The notes beneath the pieces are model-generated. The model was not told the origin of the DNA, ran no database searches, and saw nothing but the letters and a program-made list of their open reading frames with translations. A stretch of DNA of 64,000 bases, from NCBI GenBank assembly GCA_035271645.1, contig DATERJ010000018.1:17399-81398 (forward strand), in the 5' to 3' direction. The position numbers were made by a program, and so were the translations under genes. Origin of the DNA: Candidatus Dojkabacteria bacterium. Its GTDB lineage: Bacteria > Patescibacteriota > Dojkabacteria > SC72. Positions within the stretch are counted from its first letter, which is position 1. Every line of letters starts with the position of its first letter. Shown here in pieces: positions 39,492 to 50,124 of the stretch.

Positions 39492-40219
39492 TTCTTTACC
39501 TCCTTACAATTTACACATTTACTGTATCCCTTCTCCTTAATACATTCCAATATCTCCATCGGTTTACCAACACAAGCAATCTTACCTCTGTACATTACAG
39601 CACCCTTAACAGCATCAATATATTTCAGAATATCACCAGAATGGGTAACAATGATTCCCATTGCTTTCTTCTTCTTAAGAAGATTCCCCATATATTCCCC
39701 AACCTTCTTCAAGTTATCAAGATCAATACCTGAATCAGGCTCATCAAAAAGAAACACCTTAGTATTCTCAAGCATAGCTAAAGAGAGAAGCTCACTCCTC
39801 TTTACCTCACCACCAGAAAGACCAACATTAATATCCCTCTTAAGAAACTTCCTTGCATCTAAACTATCAATATCTTTAGAATACTCCTTCCAAACTAAAT
39901 CATCCCCTACACTCTCCTTTGCAACATCCTCAAACTTAACACCCTTCAAGCTAGGAGGATTCTGATACATATATGCAAGACCACTCTTAACTCTCTCATC
40001 TATCTTTAAACCATTAATCTTCTTACCTTCAAGAAGAATATCTCCACTTACCTCATACTTAGAAAAACCCATACATGCTCTAAAAAGTGTTGACTTACCA
40101 CAACCATTAGGACCAAACAAAACAAAAAACTTACCAACAGGAACTGTAAAGTCCTGAGTCAGACCTTTAATTATCTCTTGCCCATCTACTGTTACTGAAA
40201 GATTCTTTACTTTAAACAT
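39488..40219 (-). CDS. sufC: SufC-like ABC ATPase (SmsC-like)
   Basis: GPNGCGKS, INVGLSGGEVKR, DEPDSGID, C-terminal CVNC. Confidence 0.85.
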   Translation of the reverse strand: MFKVKNLSVTVDGQEIIKGLTQDFTVPVGKFFVLFGPNGCGKSTLFRACMGFSKYEVSGDILLEGKKINGLKIDERVKSGLAYMYQNPPSLKGVKFEDVAKESVGDDLVWKEYSKDIDSLDARKFLKRDINVGLSGGEVKRSELLSLAMLENTKVFLFDEPDSGIDLDNLKKVGEYMGNLLKKKKAMGIIVTHSGDILKYIDAVKGAVMYRGKIACVGKPMEILECIKEKGYSKCVNCKEVKK

Positions 40220-40320
40220 ACCTCCCATTATACCATGCAAAAAGAGAAATACACTAAACACTTCCCTTTACAGAAACCCAAAAGAATGTTACCATTACAA
40301 AGATTTCAACACATACCCAT

Positions 40321-42171
40321 ATGGAGAAAAAAAAGAACGAAGAAAAGAAAACACCCAGTCTCGTTAAGCTGTTAATATTCATCTATGAGAAATATTACAA
40401 AAAGAATGAATACACATGGCAGATTTGGGCATATACCATATTAAGATTCATATCAAGAGTATATCCACTCATCTACAGCTACATACTAGCTAAGATAATT
40501 GATGGAATAACGGTAAACTACAACCAAGGTGTAGGCTTTGAATCTCTAGTACCGATCATAGTGACAGGAGTTATTGTAACACTACTTGGAATCTTAGCTA
40601 ACAACTTCTACAGATACGTTGACAGTCTAAGGGCCATCTGGAGAACACACCTAGAAGACAAAGTATATCTCCAAAAATACCTAGAGATTGAACCAAAAGC
40701 ATATGAAAATCCAGAGTTTGTTAGTATGAAGAACACACTTAATTGGAATACATGGGATATCACAGGTTCTCTCTACGACTCAGTAAGTGTACTCTCCCTT
40801 ACCCCTGTTATCATCATCTCATTCATCTCCATCTTCTCACTAGTGCCAGGATTTGCATTTCTTGGAATCCTTGCAAGTATACCATCAGCTTTGATTATAA
40901 AACACTTTGGTAAACGAGTATGGAATATTTGGGGGGACAAAGGAGAAGAAAAGATTAAATACTCCAGTTACCGAAACACCTTCTGGAGCACACAGTTTGA
41001 AAAGATGCAAGAAGCTTTTGTATTTAAATATGGAAAATATCTCATCCAGAAAGCTCACGATTTGAACAGAAGCTTTAGTCAGAAGCTTCAGAAAAATGTT
41101 GAAAAAAGGTATATTTGGAGTACTATTGCAGAGCTCTTCTCATGGGCTTTAACTATTTTTGTATTTATATATTCAGTCAAACTCGTATTTGATGGACAAC
41201 TTACAATCGGTATGCTCACATTTGTTCTTTCTGCATATCAAAAATTTAGTTCTGATATTGGAGAAGTACTCTACACAATCTCTTCGATAACAGGAAACAG
41301 AAAAGTAATACAAACCTTCTACGATTTACAAAACTGGAAAAACACACAAGTTAGTGGAGATGTTGTTCTAAAGAATGTAGACAAAGGTGTCTCAATTGAA
41401 TTAAAAAATGTTTGGTTTAAGTATGAAAGAAGCAAAAAGTGGGTATTGAAGAATATCAACTTTTCGATAAAAGCAGATTAGGACATTGCTGTAGTTGGAA
41501 AGAATGGTGCAGGAAAGAGTACGTTGATTAAGTTGCTACTTAGAATATATGACCCACAGAAAGGAAAAATTTTAATTAACGGAGTTAATATCAAAAAGCT
41601 AAACTTAGATGAATACTACAAACTCGTAGGTATCCTCTCCCAAACATTTAACAGATTTAACATCTCTGCATCAGATAATATTTTCATTGGTGATGTTACG
41701 AATACCAACAAAGAAGATATCGTTACAGCTGCTAAGAAGTCAGATATACATTCAACAATTCAGAAACTACCTAAAAAATACAACACCTTTATCAGCAGGG
41801 AAGTAAAAGATGGAACAGAGTTCTCTGGTGGAGAGTGGCAGAAGTTAGCAATGGCCAGAGCATTCTTTAGAGATGCCAAGTTCCTAATCTTAGATGAACC
41901 TACTAGTGCAGTAGACAGTATCTCCGAAGAGAAGATATTTGAAAACTTTAGAGAGAACTCTAAGCACAAGACAACACTAATAGTATCACACAGATTTGCT
42001 ACTGTAAGAAATGCAAACAGAATCCTAGTTATTGACAAAGGAAGGATTGCTGAAGATGGCCCACACAAGGAGTTAATGAAGCAGAAGGGATTGTATAGTG
42101 AGATGTATTCTAAACAAGTTGGGAGAAATGATTATAGAGATAACAGTAAAAACAAAACAGAAGATATCTAA
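40321..42171 (+). pseudogene. ABC transporter permease-ATPase fusion with in-frame TAG at 41479-41481
   Basis: Two ORFs in the same frame; reading through gives FSIKAD*DIAVVGKNGAGKST, then FSGGEWQ, DEPTS and SHR. Confidence 0.8.
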
Positions 42172-42346
42172 GGTTGAGAAGATAGATGAAAGAACCTACA
42201 AGGTCTTTGTTAAATCTCCCCCTACTCAAAACAAAGCAAATATTGAGGTTGTAAAACTCCTCTCTGATTACTTTAATGTTGCCAAATCCGATATAAAGAT
42301 TAAGTTGGGTAAAACAAGCTCTAAGAAAGTTGTAGAGATAACATAG
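42128..42346 (+). CDS. DUF167 (YggU) family protein
   Basis: VFVKSPP..NKAN..V..LLS.YF...KS.I.I..G.TS..K. Confidence 0.8.
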   Translation: MIIEITVKTKQKISKVEKIDERTYKVFVKSPPTQNKANIEVVKLLSDYFNVAKSDIKIKLGKTSSKKVVEIT

Positions 42347-42491
42347 AATACTGTGGTTACCTCATGAGTTTTCCTTTTGTCAGTAATGACTATTAGCATT
42401 TTGTTACGATTAGTTAACTTACTACAAGTTTTTGTTGCAAACAGATAAAGCCTAAAGTATAATGGTTGGGTCGGTTTAACAAACAAAGAAA

Positions 42492-43082
42492 ATGCCAGAA
42501 ACAGAAACATCTAACTACTCGGAGAAGATAGAACAACAATTTGATCCAGAGTTAATAAAAGAGAATATTGAAATTCTTAATACCATAAATGAGTCTTTTT
42601 CTACAAAACTATCTCCTTTCTACCTAGATTCAGAACATCAAATTGTAGCATATGCACATAGAATGCGACCTAAGGATTACGATAGAATATACACAATTCC
42701 AACAGATGCAGACTATATTGTTTTTTCCCCATATGGTGCGACTATCTTTAGGCTCTTTAACACAACAGACCCTGAAGTTCCTAATAGTCGAAGAAACTAT
42801 GACCCTTCATATTTAACAACAACTGGTCTAGCTACAATTACCAGACACCTCATAGAGAATTCTCATAATCGGGCAGTTATCACACCAGGGATTACACAAG
42901 ATGATGAAAGCAAGGAAGATATTTTTCTAGTTCAGGGAGTCAACTTACCTCACCTTCTACCAATATACGAGAAGCGTGATCCATTCTTGAGATATATTGA
43001 TGCAGAGGATAGGAGACTACAGAAGAAAAAAGAAAAAAAACAACTACAACTCCAGAAGGAACTTAAGAAAGCCAGAAGATAA
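42492..43082 (+). CDS. Hypothetical protein
   Basis: 196-aa ORF, TATAAT upstream. Confidence 0.55.
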   Translation: MPETETSNYSEKIEQQFDPELIKENIEILNTINESFSTKLSPFYLDSEHQIVAYAHRMRPKDYDRIYTIPTDADYIVFSPYGATIFRLFNTTDPEVPNSRRNYDPSYLTTTGLATITRHLIENSHNRAVITPGITQDDESKEDIFLVQGVNLPHLLPIYEKRDPFLRYIDAEDRRLQKKKEKKQLQLQKELKKARR

Positions 43083-43169
43083 TCAATATTTCCAAAGTTA
43101 ACTCGTTATTTCACATCAGTAAGATGATGTAGTACAATGAGAATGTATATAAAATAAGTGTAAAAATAT

Positions 43170-43922
43170 ATGGATGAGTATTTTATAGATGACTATGGTT
43201 GTTGTCCCTGTGACTACTGCTTAGCACACAACGAAGCAATACAAATGCCAAGAATTGGAGATCCAGCCCCAGCATTTAAGGCAGTTACTACACAAGGAGA
43301 GATTGATTTTCCTAAACAGTATGAAGGTAGTTGGGTGATTCTTTTTAGCCACCCTGCAGACTTTACACCTGTATGTACTTCTGAATTTATGACATTTGCT
43401 ACAAGGGAGAAAGAATTCAATGAATTAAACTGTAAGTTAGTTGGCCTTTCTGTAGATGGTCTTTACAGTCATATTGCATGGTTAAGAACAATCAAGGAGA
43501 AAATGGAATGGAATGGTATGAAGGATGTAGAGGTAACATTTCCATTGATTGAGGATATTACAATGGAAGTATCTAGAAAATACGGAATGATTCAACCAGG
43601 AGAAAGTAGTACCAAGGCAGTAAGAGCAGTATTCTTCATTGATCCAAAGGGCATCATTAGAACAATAATATACTATCCACAAAGTACAGGTAGAAACTTT
43701 GATGAGCTACTAAGAGTTCTTAAATCTCTACAAACCGCAGATGAGTTTGGTGTTGCTACACCAGCTGATTGGAATCCAGGAGATGATGTAATTGTACCAA
43801 CTGCTGGATCATGTGGTGTTGCAAAGGACAGAATGCAGGATGGTGATATGGATTGTAAAGACTGGTTCTTCTGTACAAAGAAGTTAAGTAAGGAAGAGAT
43901 TGAGGAGAAGATAAAGAAGTAG
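43170..43922 (+). CDS. Peroxiredoxin (Prx6/archaeal-type)
   Basis: FSHPADFTPVCTSE, TPADW, DCKDWFFC. Confidence 0.93.
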   Translation: MDEYFIDDYGCCPCDYCLAHNEAIQMPRIGDPAPAFKAVTTQGEIDFPKQYEGSWVILFSHPADFTPVCTSEFMTFATREKEFNELNCKLVGLSVDGLYSHIAWLRTIKEKMEWNGMKDVEVTFPLIEDITMEVSRKYGMIQPGESSTKAVRAVFFIDPKGIIRTIIYYPQSTGRNFDELLRVLKSLQTADEFGVATPADWNPGDDVIVPTAGSCGVAKDRMQDGDMDCKDWFFCTKKLSKEEIEEKIKK

Positions 43923-43943
43923 ATTCTGTAATTTCTAACAAAA

Positions 43944-44393
43944 TTGAATATGAAAGACAAAAAGGAGAAATTAAATCTAAAGACTTTCTTAATTATTTTC
44001 TGTTTCTCCCTGTTATATGTATTTCTCCTTTCCTCTTTCCCTATCAAAAACAAAGTTTGTTGTATGTTTGGTGTTTCTAGATACCATGGGCCACTATTTG
44101 GAGTATCTAACTCAGTAGAAACCTATGAAGAAGCACAATATGTGTATAAATACTCCACACCTAAATTGATAAGTCTTGGTTATGATTTCGCTGTCAACTG
44201 GGTTCTTGTGGTTATAGATGTTTTTCTAGCCCTAGCTCTTTCTTCCCTCATACAGAAGATTATCACAAACAAGATTTACAAAAAGAAAAACTTCTGGATA
44301 TATGCAGTTATAGTGGGAATTACAATAACGATAGTGCTTCACCTCATCTTTAGATCTATACTACTAAACTCTGGAAGTTACATTGCAGGCTAA
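43944..44393 (+). CDS. Membrane protein
   Basis: Three hydrophobic segments. Confidence 0.55.
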   Translation: MNMKDKKEKLNLKTFLIIFCFSLLYVFLLSSFPIKNKVCCMFGVSRYHGPLFGVSNSVETYEEAQYVYKYSTPKLISLGYDFAVNWVLVVIDVFLALALSSLIQKIITNKIYKKKNFWIYAVIVGITITIVLHLIFRSILLNSGSYIAG

Positions 44394-44409
44394 TAGCTTT
44401 TTACACTCC

Positions 44410-45183
44410 TTAATATTTCCTTTTTACAACAAAAACCTCAGGTAGTAATCCTCCCTCATTTACAGTAGCTACACTCTCTACACCCCAAACATCTTTTTTA
44501 AATACATCTCTTAAAAGTTGTTTCTCCTGTGTAAGCAACACTAACATCCCCTGCTTTCTAAGCAGTTTCTGAGCAATCTTTTCTAAAGCAGAATACAGAT
44601 TTATATTTTCCACATGAGTACCTGTTCTAATACCAAATGGTAAATTACTAACAATCTTATCTACATTCCTCTTTGCCAATTTAATATTCTCAATATCACT
44701 TCTAAAAAGCTTATACCTACTTTTCTCTATACCCCCAGCTTGGAAATTTAATTCGCTCGTAGATATCGCCCTACTACTCACATCAGAACAGATTACTCGT
44801 TTAATATTAAAATATTTAAGAGCAGTAATAGGAATAACTGAAGAACCACAAAAAGGATCATACAAAATATCTTGTTCTCTTAATTCAGCTATCATACACA
44901 TGATATATGCAAGAGAAGGATTAATACCTGCTGGCATATATCCCTTTCTCCATTCTCTTTTTGAAAGATTGAGAACTCTACCAGAACTACTTTCTATATG
45001 AGTCGGAGAGTAAAGGTCTCTAAATATTTCAATATCCTCTTGATTGCTATTAAAAATTATCTCCTTTTTACCCTCTTTGAGTATTATTACATCAGGATAT
45101 TTTTCTAAAAGCTCTTTTAATACAAAAGGCCTTGTCCCTTCCAAACAAGTTAGAGTGTAAGTTTGCAGATTGTTTTTCATCAA
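44410..45183 (-). CDS. RNA methyltransferase (UPF0020/RlmL-Trm14-like)
   Basis: INPSLAY, YDPFCGS, VSNLPFG. Confidence 0.8.
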   Translation of the reverse strand: MMKNNLQTYTLTCLEGTRPFVLKELLEKYPDVIILKEGKKEIIFNSNQEDIEIFRDLYSPTHIESSSGRVLNLSKREWRKGYMPAGINPSLAYIMCMIAELREQDILYDPFCGSSVIPITALKYFNIKRVICSDVSSRAISTSELNFQAGGIEKSRYKLFRSDIENIKLAKRNVDKIVSNLPFGIRTGTHVENINLYSALEKIAQKLLRKQGMLVLLTQEKQLLRDVFKKDVWGVESVATVNEGGLLPEVFVVKRKY

Positions 45184-46022
45184 TATTTTACATTTCTTAA
45201 AATATTTTCTAATTCCCTTTTATCAAAAATTGCATCTAAATCTTTAGCAACCTCCGAATGATTAGGAACATGAATGCTAACTCCAGTATAGAAAAGTATT
45301 TGGTCTTTAGTTAATTTCGTATGAGGACCACTACCCCTATTTACCACATGTCTATACACATAGAAAGGGTCTACAACAGAAATATTACCTCTCCTCTCTA
45401 AAGAATGAAAACCTAATCTTTTTGCTTCATTGTAAACAATATCTCCTCTCAGGGTGTTAGGTTGAGGAACACCTGCAACTCCCTTGTACCTTTCAAAAAA
45501 GACATCAGCAGTATTACTTCCCCTTCTCCTCTCTTCTATCAAATCTCTAAAAAAGATTATCTTAGATGGACCTCCTGTATATATCAATGTCCTTGTTGGC
45601 ATAGACTCAAAAGCCATTGGATTAGTAATTGCTTCTTTGTACATATTCCAATATGTATCTTCTGATATCTTTCTACTTTCAGAAATATTCCCAATCACAT
45701 CATACCCATTTCTTGATAGGAACTCTTCAACTTGATTCACCATATGATACATCTCAGGTCTTAATACTAGGAAAGAAACATTCTCTTGTGCAATCTTCTC
45801 AGCAACAGCAAACTTCTCTTCATGTTCTAGTGAAGATTTTTCTAATTGAGATTTTAGATACTGTTTGTAGTGTTCTGGTTTTAAGAAATATTTCATAAAC
45901 TCATCACTAATACGTGCGGAATATTCAGGATCTATCTCTGTCCTTGGGATATCAACTCCTAAATCTTCTATAACCTCTTCATTCCTTTCTTGTAGAATCT
46001 CGTGATTCTCTTGTAGTTCCAT
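45180..46022 (-). CDS. Divergent nucleoside-diphosphate-kinase-like protein
   Basis: SFLVLRPE (cf. KPD), TGGP, PNTLRGD (cf. PGTIRGD), IHVP (cf. VHGS). Confidence 0.55.
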   Translation of the reverse strand: MELQENHEILQERNEEVIEDLGVDIPRTEIDPEYSARISDEFMKYFLKPEHYKQYLKSQLEKSSLEHEEKFAVAEKIAQENVSFLVLRPEMYHMVNQVEEFLSRNGYDVIGNISESRKISEDTYWNMYKEAITNPMAFESMPTRTLIYTGGPSKIIFFRDLIEERRRGSNTADVFFERYKGVAGVPQPNTLRGDIVYNEAKRLGFHSLERRGNISVVDPFYVYRHVVNRGSGPHTKLTKDQILFYTGVSIHVPNHSEVAKDLDAIFDKRELENILRNVKY

Positions 46023-46054
46023 AATTTCTTCAGTTATTATATAATAAACCTATA

Positions 46055-46690
46055 ATGAAATCTATTTCACAGTACAATAAAGACTGGGAAGAAAAGAATA
46101 TTACAATACCCCTTATTATTCTTATAGGTGGATATGCAGGTACTGGGAAATCAACACTTGCTCAAAACATTATAAGTCAAATACCTCATCTTAACAGCTT
46201 TCCCACAGGTATTATACGAGCAACTCTAAGAGATTACATATCACAAGAGGACAACCCATTTCTTTATAGCCATACATATGATTTGCATCAAATAGAAGGA
46301 GATGTTAGAGAGCACTACCTTCAACAATGCAAGCCTATTGTTGATGCTATAAACCAAGCAATCGATTTCGCAGAGAGTGAGAAACAGATGATTCTTTTTG
46401 ATGGGAATCATATCTTACCTGGTCAGATGAACCCAACAAATAAACCTAATGTAATCGAGATATATCTTAAAGTATCCAACCCTAACACTCATATGAAGAT
46501 GCTCTCAGGACCTACACATAACAGGGATATATCGGAGGAACAATTTCAAACAGCAAGAATACTGCATGATTATATAGTTCAAAGAGCCCAAGAGTTTAAG
46601 AAACCTGTTTTTGAATATGATTCTCCTAGAGATAAGATTTTTAGGATTATAGAAGATAAATTAACATCATTATATCAATCTACTAAGTAG
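46055..46690 (+). CDS. 2-phosphoglycerate-kinase-like P-loop kinase
   Basis: PLIILIGGYAGTGKSTLA, DGNHILPG. Confidence 0.7.
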   Translation: MKSISQYNKDWEEKNITIPLIILIGGYAGTGKSTLAQNIISQIPHLNSFPTGIIRATLRDYISQEDNPFLYSHTYDLHQIEGDVREHYLQQCKPIVDAINQAIDFAESEKQMILFDGNHILPGQMNPTNKPNVIEIYLKVSNPNTHMKMLSGPTHNRDISEEQFQTARILHDYIVQRAQEFKKPVFEYDSPRDKIFRIIEDKLTSLYQSTK

Positions 46691-47197
46691 CTCAAGAAGA
46701 TAATCATAGTTTTCATACCTATGATTATTGTTCTCCTCCCCTATACATTCATACTTGTTTACTACAACATTATCACCACTAATATTCATAACTTCTGTAT
46801 AAGAACCAGCTGGATCAAATTCTTTTTGATACACATTAACTGGATATGAAGTATATTTCTCTAAATCAGTAAAATCATAATTAAGTTTCTTACCCAAGTT
46901 GTAAGCCATACCTACAATTAATACACCTTTTGGTTTCTTTACTAAATCTTTTAGAGAATTAAAGAAGATAATACTACCTATTGATTTAGCAAAAAGAATA
47001 TATTCTTCATCAGAACTATTTACAATGTCTAAGAATTTCTTGGTTTCTAATTCTATATCTGCTTTTTCTTCCCCTTTTTCCCAATGATCATAGTAAGATA
47101 TTTTTGTATTAGTAAACTTCTCTTGGAATTTCTTCTCTACATTCTCTATCCATTCCTTGTTAGATATATTTTGTCCTGAGAGTAATATTATTCTCAT
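46670..47197 (-). CDS. Small alpha/beta hydrolase-like protein
   Basis: FAKSIG elbow, DP, C-terminal H.Y. Confidence 0.55.
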   Translation of the reverse strand: MRIILLSGQNISNKEWIENVEKKFQEKFTNTKISYYDHWEKGEEKADIELETKKFLDIVNSSDEEYILFAKSIGSIIFFNSLKDLVKKPKGVLIVGMAYNLGKKLNYDFTDLEKYTSYPVNVYQKEFDPAGSYTEVMNISGDNVVVNKYECIGEENNNHRYENYDYLLELLSRLI

Positions 47198-47252
47198 AAT
47201 ACAGGCTATAAAAATTAATAAGATATCTCTACCAGTTTACTAGAATCCGAAC

Positions 47253-48017
47253 CTACCTATTTAAATCTAAGTATGGATTTAAACTAAACTTTTTAATTGT
47301 TGTTGTTTTTCCTTCCTTAACCTCAAAGATTATCATCTTACCTCCATGTTCCTTTTCATTAAGAATCATAGACCTTGGACTCATAAGAGGATAATCATAT
47401 TTCTTTAGTTCTTGTTCTGCACTTCCACAGTATGGTAATGTATCTACTTTCCCTTCTCCATCAGCATAGTAGGTACACTCTTTCAAGGCATAAACTTCAT
47501 AAACATTTTGTGATGCACCTTGAGTATCTGCACCATCACTTGTATAGACTGTGAAGTCAACTATGTATTTACCTACTGGTAATTTAACTTCATAACCATA
47601 AGAAGGATTCCACTTTAACTCGTTAGAATATTGCTTTTTGTCGTTACTATTTCTAATCCAATAACAATACTGTAATGAAATATCATTATAATTAGAGAAA
47701 CAGACCCTATGTGCAGGATTAAAAGATGCAGGAAAACCTGTCTTAAATCTTATCTTCCCTTCTTTCGTAGAACTCACCTTTGGTTTGGCTTCTGTTGGTT
47801 TATCTTCTGTTGGAGATACTACCTCTTGAATGGTACTTAATTTCTCATTCGCTTTATCTAATTCCTCTTGTAGTTCTGCTATCTCTATTTCTTTAGCAAC
47901 TATTCTAGCATCCATATCTTCTTTCATTGTATTCCACTTAGTATATCCAAAGTATCCACCTACTCCTACTATTGCAACAGAGAGAACTATTGCAATTATC
48001 TTAACTGTTTTATTCAT
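47253..48017 (-). CDS. Membrane-anchored hypothetical protein with coiled-coil stalk
   Basis: N-terminal TM helix, heptad region, linker, Cys-paired domain. Confidence 0.6.
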   Translation of the reverse strand: MNKTVKIIAIVLSVAIVGVGGYFGYTKWNTMKEDMDARIVAKEIEIAELQEELDKANEKLSTIQEVVSPTEDKPTEAKPKVSSTKEGKIRFKTGFPASFNPAHRVCFSNYNDISLQYCYWIRNSNDKKQYSNELKWNPSYGYEVKLPVGKYIVDFTVYTSDGADTQGASQNVYEVYALKECTYYADGEGKVDTLPYCGSAEQELKKYDYPLMSPRSMILNEKEHGGKMIIFEVKEGKTTTIKKFSLNPYLDLNR

Positions 48018-48048
48018 ATTATATTTTAAAAAGCTTAATTACTAAATA

Positions 48049-49476
48049 TTAATATGACCTTGCAAACAATGCAAGTTTAGCATCATCTTCACCAGTATAG
48101 AAACATTTACCTTTCTCATCCTCATGTTCAAATGGGAAGCATCTTACCGTTGCCATTGTCTCTTCCTTAAGCTTAGCCTCATCATCACTATCACCTGCCC
48201 AATATCCCAGAACAAACTTACTCTCTTCAATTGCTTTCTTAAACTCATCATATGTCTCTACTCTTACAGTATTCTCTTCCATTCTCTTCTTTGCAATATC
48301 AAAGAGATTCTGCTGAATATCTTCTAATAATCTCTTAATCTCTTTTGTAAGATCTTCCATCTTTACAGTAACCTTCTCACCTGTATCTCTTCTTGCAAGA
48401 ACAACATGACCTTCCTTAATATCTCTAGGACCAATCTCTAATCTCAAAGGTGCACCCTTCTTCTCCCATTTGTAGAATTTTTCACCTACCCTTAAATCAG
48501 TATCATCAACCTTAACTCTAAAATCTTTCTCAAGAGTCTCTTGAAGTTTCTCAACCTCTTTATCTACCATCTCCCTATCTTCAGGTTTTGGCCAGACAGG
48601 AATAATTACCACTTCATATGGTGCTACATTTGGAGGAACAACAAGACCACTATCATCACTATGAACCATAATTAAACCACCTAAAGTTCTTGTACTCATT
48701 CCCCAACTTGTTTGGTAACAATACTTAATATCACCATTCTCATCAACAAACTTAATATTAAATGCCTTTGCAAATTTATCTCCTAAATTATGTGAAGTTG
48801 CAAATTGGAGTGCCTTACCATCCTGCATCATAGCTTCTGTAGTATATGTAATATCTGCACCTGCAAATCTTTCAGAATCTGTCTTCTTACCAACAAACAC
48901 AGGTATTGCTAAAAACTCTTCTGCAAATTTTTTGTATTCAAACAACATCTGTTGTGCTCTTTCATCTGCTTCTTCTGGTGTAGCATGTGCTGTATGACCT
49001 TCTTGCCAAAGAAATTCTGTACTTCTTAGAAGTAATCTTGGTCTAAGTTCCCATCTAACAACATTTGCCCATTGATTAATTAGTATTGGTAAATCCTTGT
49101 ATGACTCTACCCACCTTGAATATGCATCATATATTATTGTTTCTGATGTTGGTCTAATTACAAAAGGTTCTTTCAACTCTTCTCCTCCAGCATGAGTTAC
49201 AGCTACAACTTCTGGGGAGAATCCTTCTACATGTTTTGCTTCTCTGTGTAAAAATTCATTAGGTATGAAAAGAGGAAAGGAAGCATTCTCTACACCTGTT
49301 GCTTTTATTCTTCTATCAAACTCCTTTTTAATATTTTCCCAAATTGCATACCCATATGGTTTGATAATCATTGTACCTCTAACAGGACCATGTTCAACAA
49401 AGTCAGAAACTTTAATTACATCCAAATACCATTGTGAGAAATCTTCTTCTCTACTAGTTATCTTTTTCTCGTCCAT
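48049..49476 (-). CDS. proS: Proline--tRNA ligase (archaeal/eukaryote type)
   Basis: RPTSET, QWANVVRWE, EFLWQEGH, TSWGMSTR, C-terminal FARSY. Confidence 0.97.
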   Translation of the reverse strand: MDEKKITSREEDFSQWYLDVIKVSDFVEHGPVRGTMIIKPYGYAIWENIKKEFDRRIKATGVENASFPLFIPNEFLHREAKHVEGFSPEVVAVTHAGGEELKEPFVIRPTSETIIYDAYSRWVESYKDLPILINQWANVVRWELRPRLLLRSTEFLWQEGHTAHATPEEADERAQQMLFEYKKFAEEFLAIPVFVGKKTDSERFAGADITYTTEAMMQDGKALQFATSHNLGDKFAKAFNIKFVDENGDIKYCYQTSWGMSTRTLGGLIMVHSDDSGLVVPPNVAPYEVVIIPVWPKPEDREMVDKEVEKLQETLEKDFRVKVDDTDLRVGEKFYKWEKKGAPLRLEIGPRDIKEGHVVLARRDTGEKVTVKMEDLTKEIKRLLEDIQQNLFDIAKKRMEENTVRVETYDEFKKAIEESKFVLGYWAGDSDDEAKLKEETMATVRCFPFEHEDEKGKCFYTGEDDAKLALFARSY

Positions 49477-49584
49477 ATTAGGGTTGAATAATTTAATAAT
49501 TGATTCTAATTGAAAGGAAGGGATAAAGCAATGATTGGAGAGAGAGTTAATCGATACTTCATATCTATACTGTACCCTTTATAT

Positions 49585-50059
49585 ATGCCTACCCCAAAAA
49601 CATCAAAACTTCCAATTTACAAAAAGATTGGTCTAACAAGGAAGAACTACTACAGTTATGATATTGTTAAACCAGAAGAAAGAGACTTTATCAAAAGATT
49701 TATAAGAAAGGGAGAGGAAATTAAATGGATAGAAAGAAATCGCAAAGTGAATCCTAATGAAGTTGGATATCTACCAACAAATGATTTTGTATGGAAAGGT
49801 AAAGAATGGGAGTTGAAGAGTAAAACTCAAGGAAAAATCAAAGAAAGAACAATTATTAGAAGAATAAACGAGTCTGTTGATAAAGGTAAAAGAAATATAT
49901 TTTTAGACTTAGGAAATCGAAAAGCTTCAAGTAAACTTATTGAAAGATTAGAAAAAATATAATGTGTCTCGTATGAAGACTATTGATAAAAGAAGATATG
50001 TTAAGAATATTGTAGTTTGGGATAAAACAGGCATCTTTAAAATAGATCTTGAAAGATAA
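49585..50059 (+). pseudogene. CdiA-CT-like PD-(D/E)xK nuclease with a 1-nt frameshift in an A6 run
   Basis: PTNDFVWKGKEWELKS...KRNIFLDL. Removing one A at 49952-49957 extends the ORF as EKYNVSRMKTIDKRRYVKNIVVWDKTGIFKIDLER* (stop 50057-50059). Confidence 0.55.
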
Positions 50060-50124
50060 ACAGGGCGATTACCTCCGCATTGTGTATATTATTTCAATAC
50101 GGCAGAGGGTCTACCCTGTCTATT
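50056..50124 (-). ncRNA. Putative hairpin RNA convergent with the CdiA-like nuclease gene
   Basis: Minus-strand TTGATG-N17-TATAAT (50131-50159); stems AUAGACAGGGU/GCCCUGUUUAU and CCGUAUUG/CAAUGCGG with three G-U pairs on the minus strand. Confidence 0.6.
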
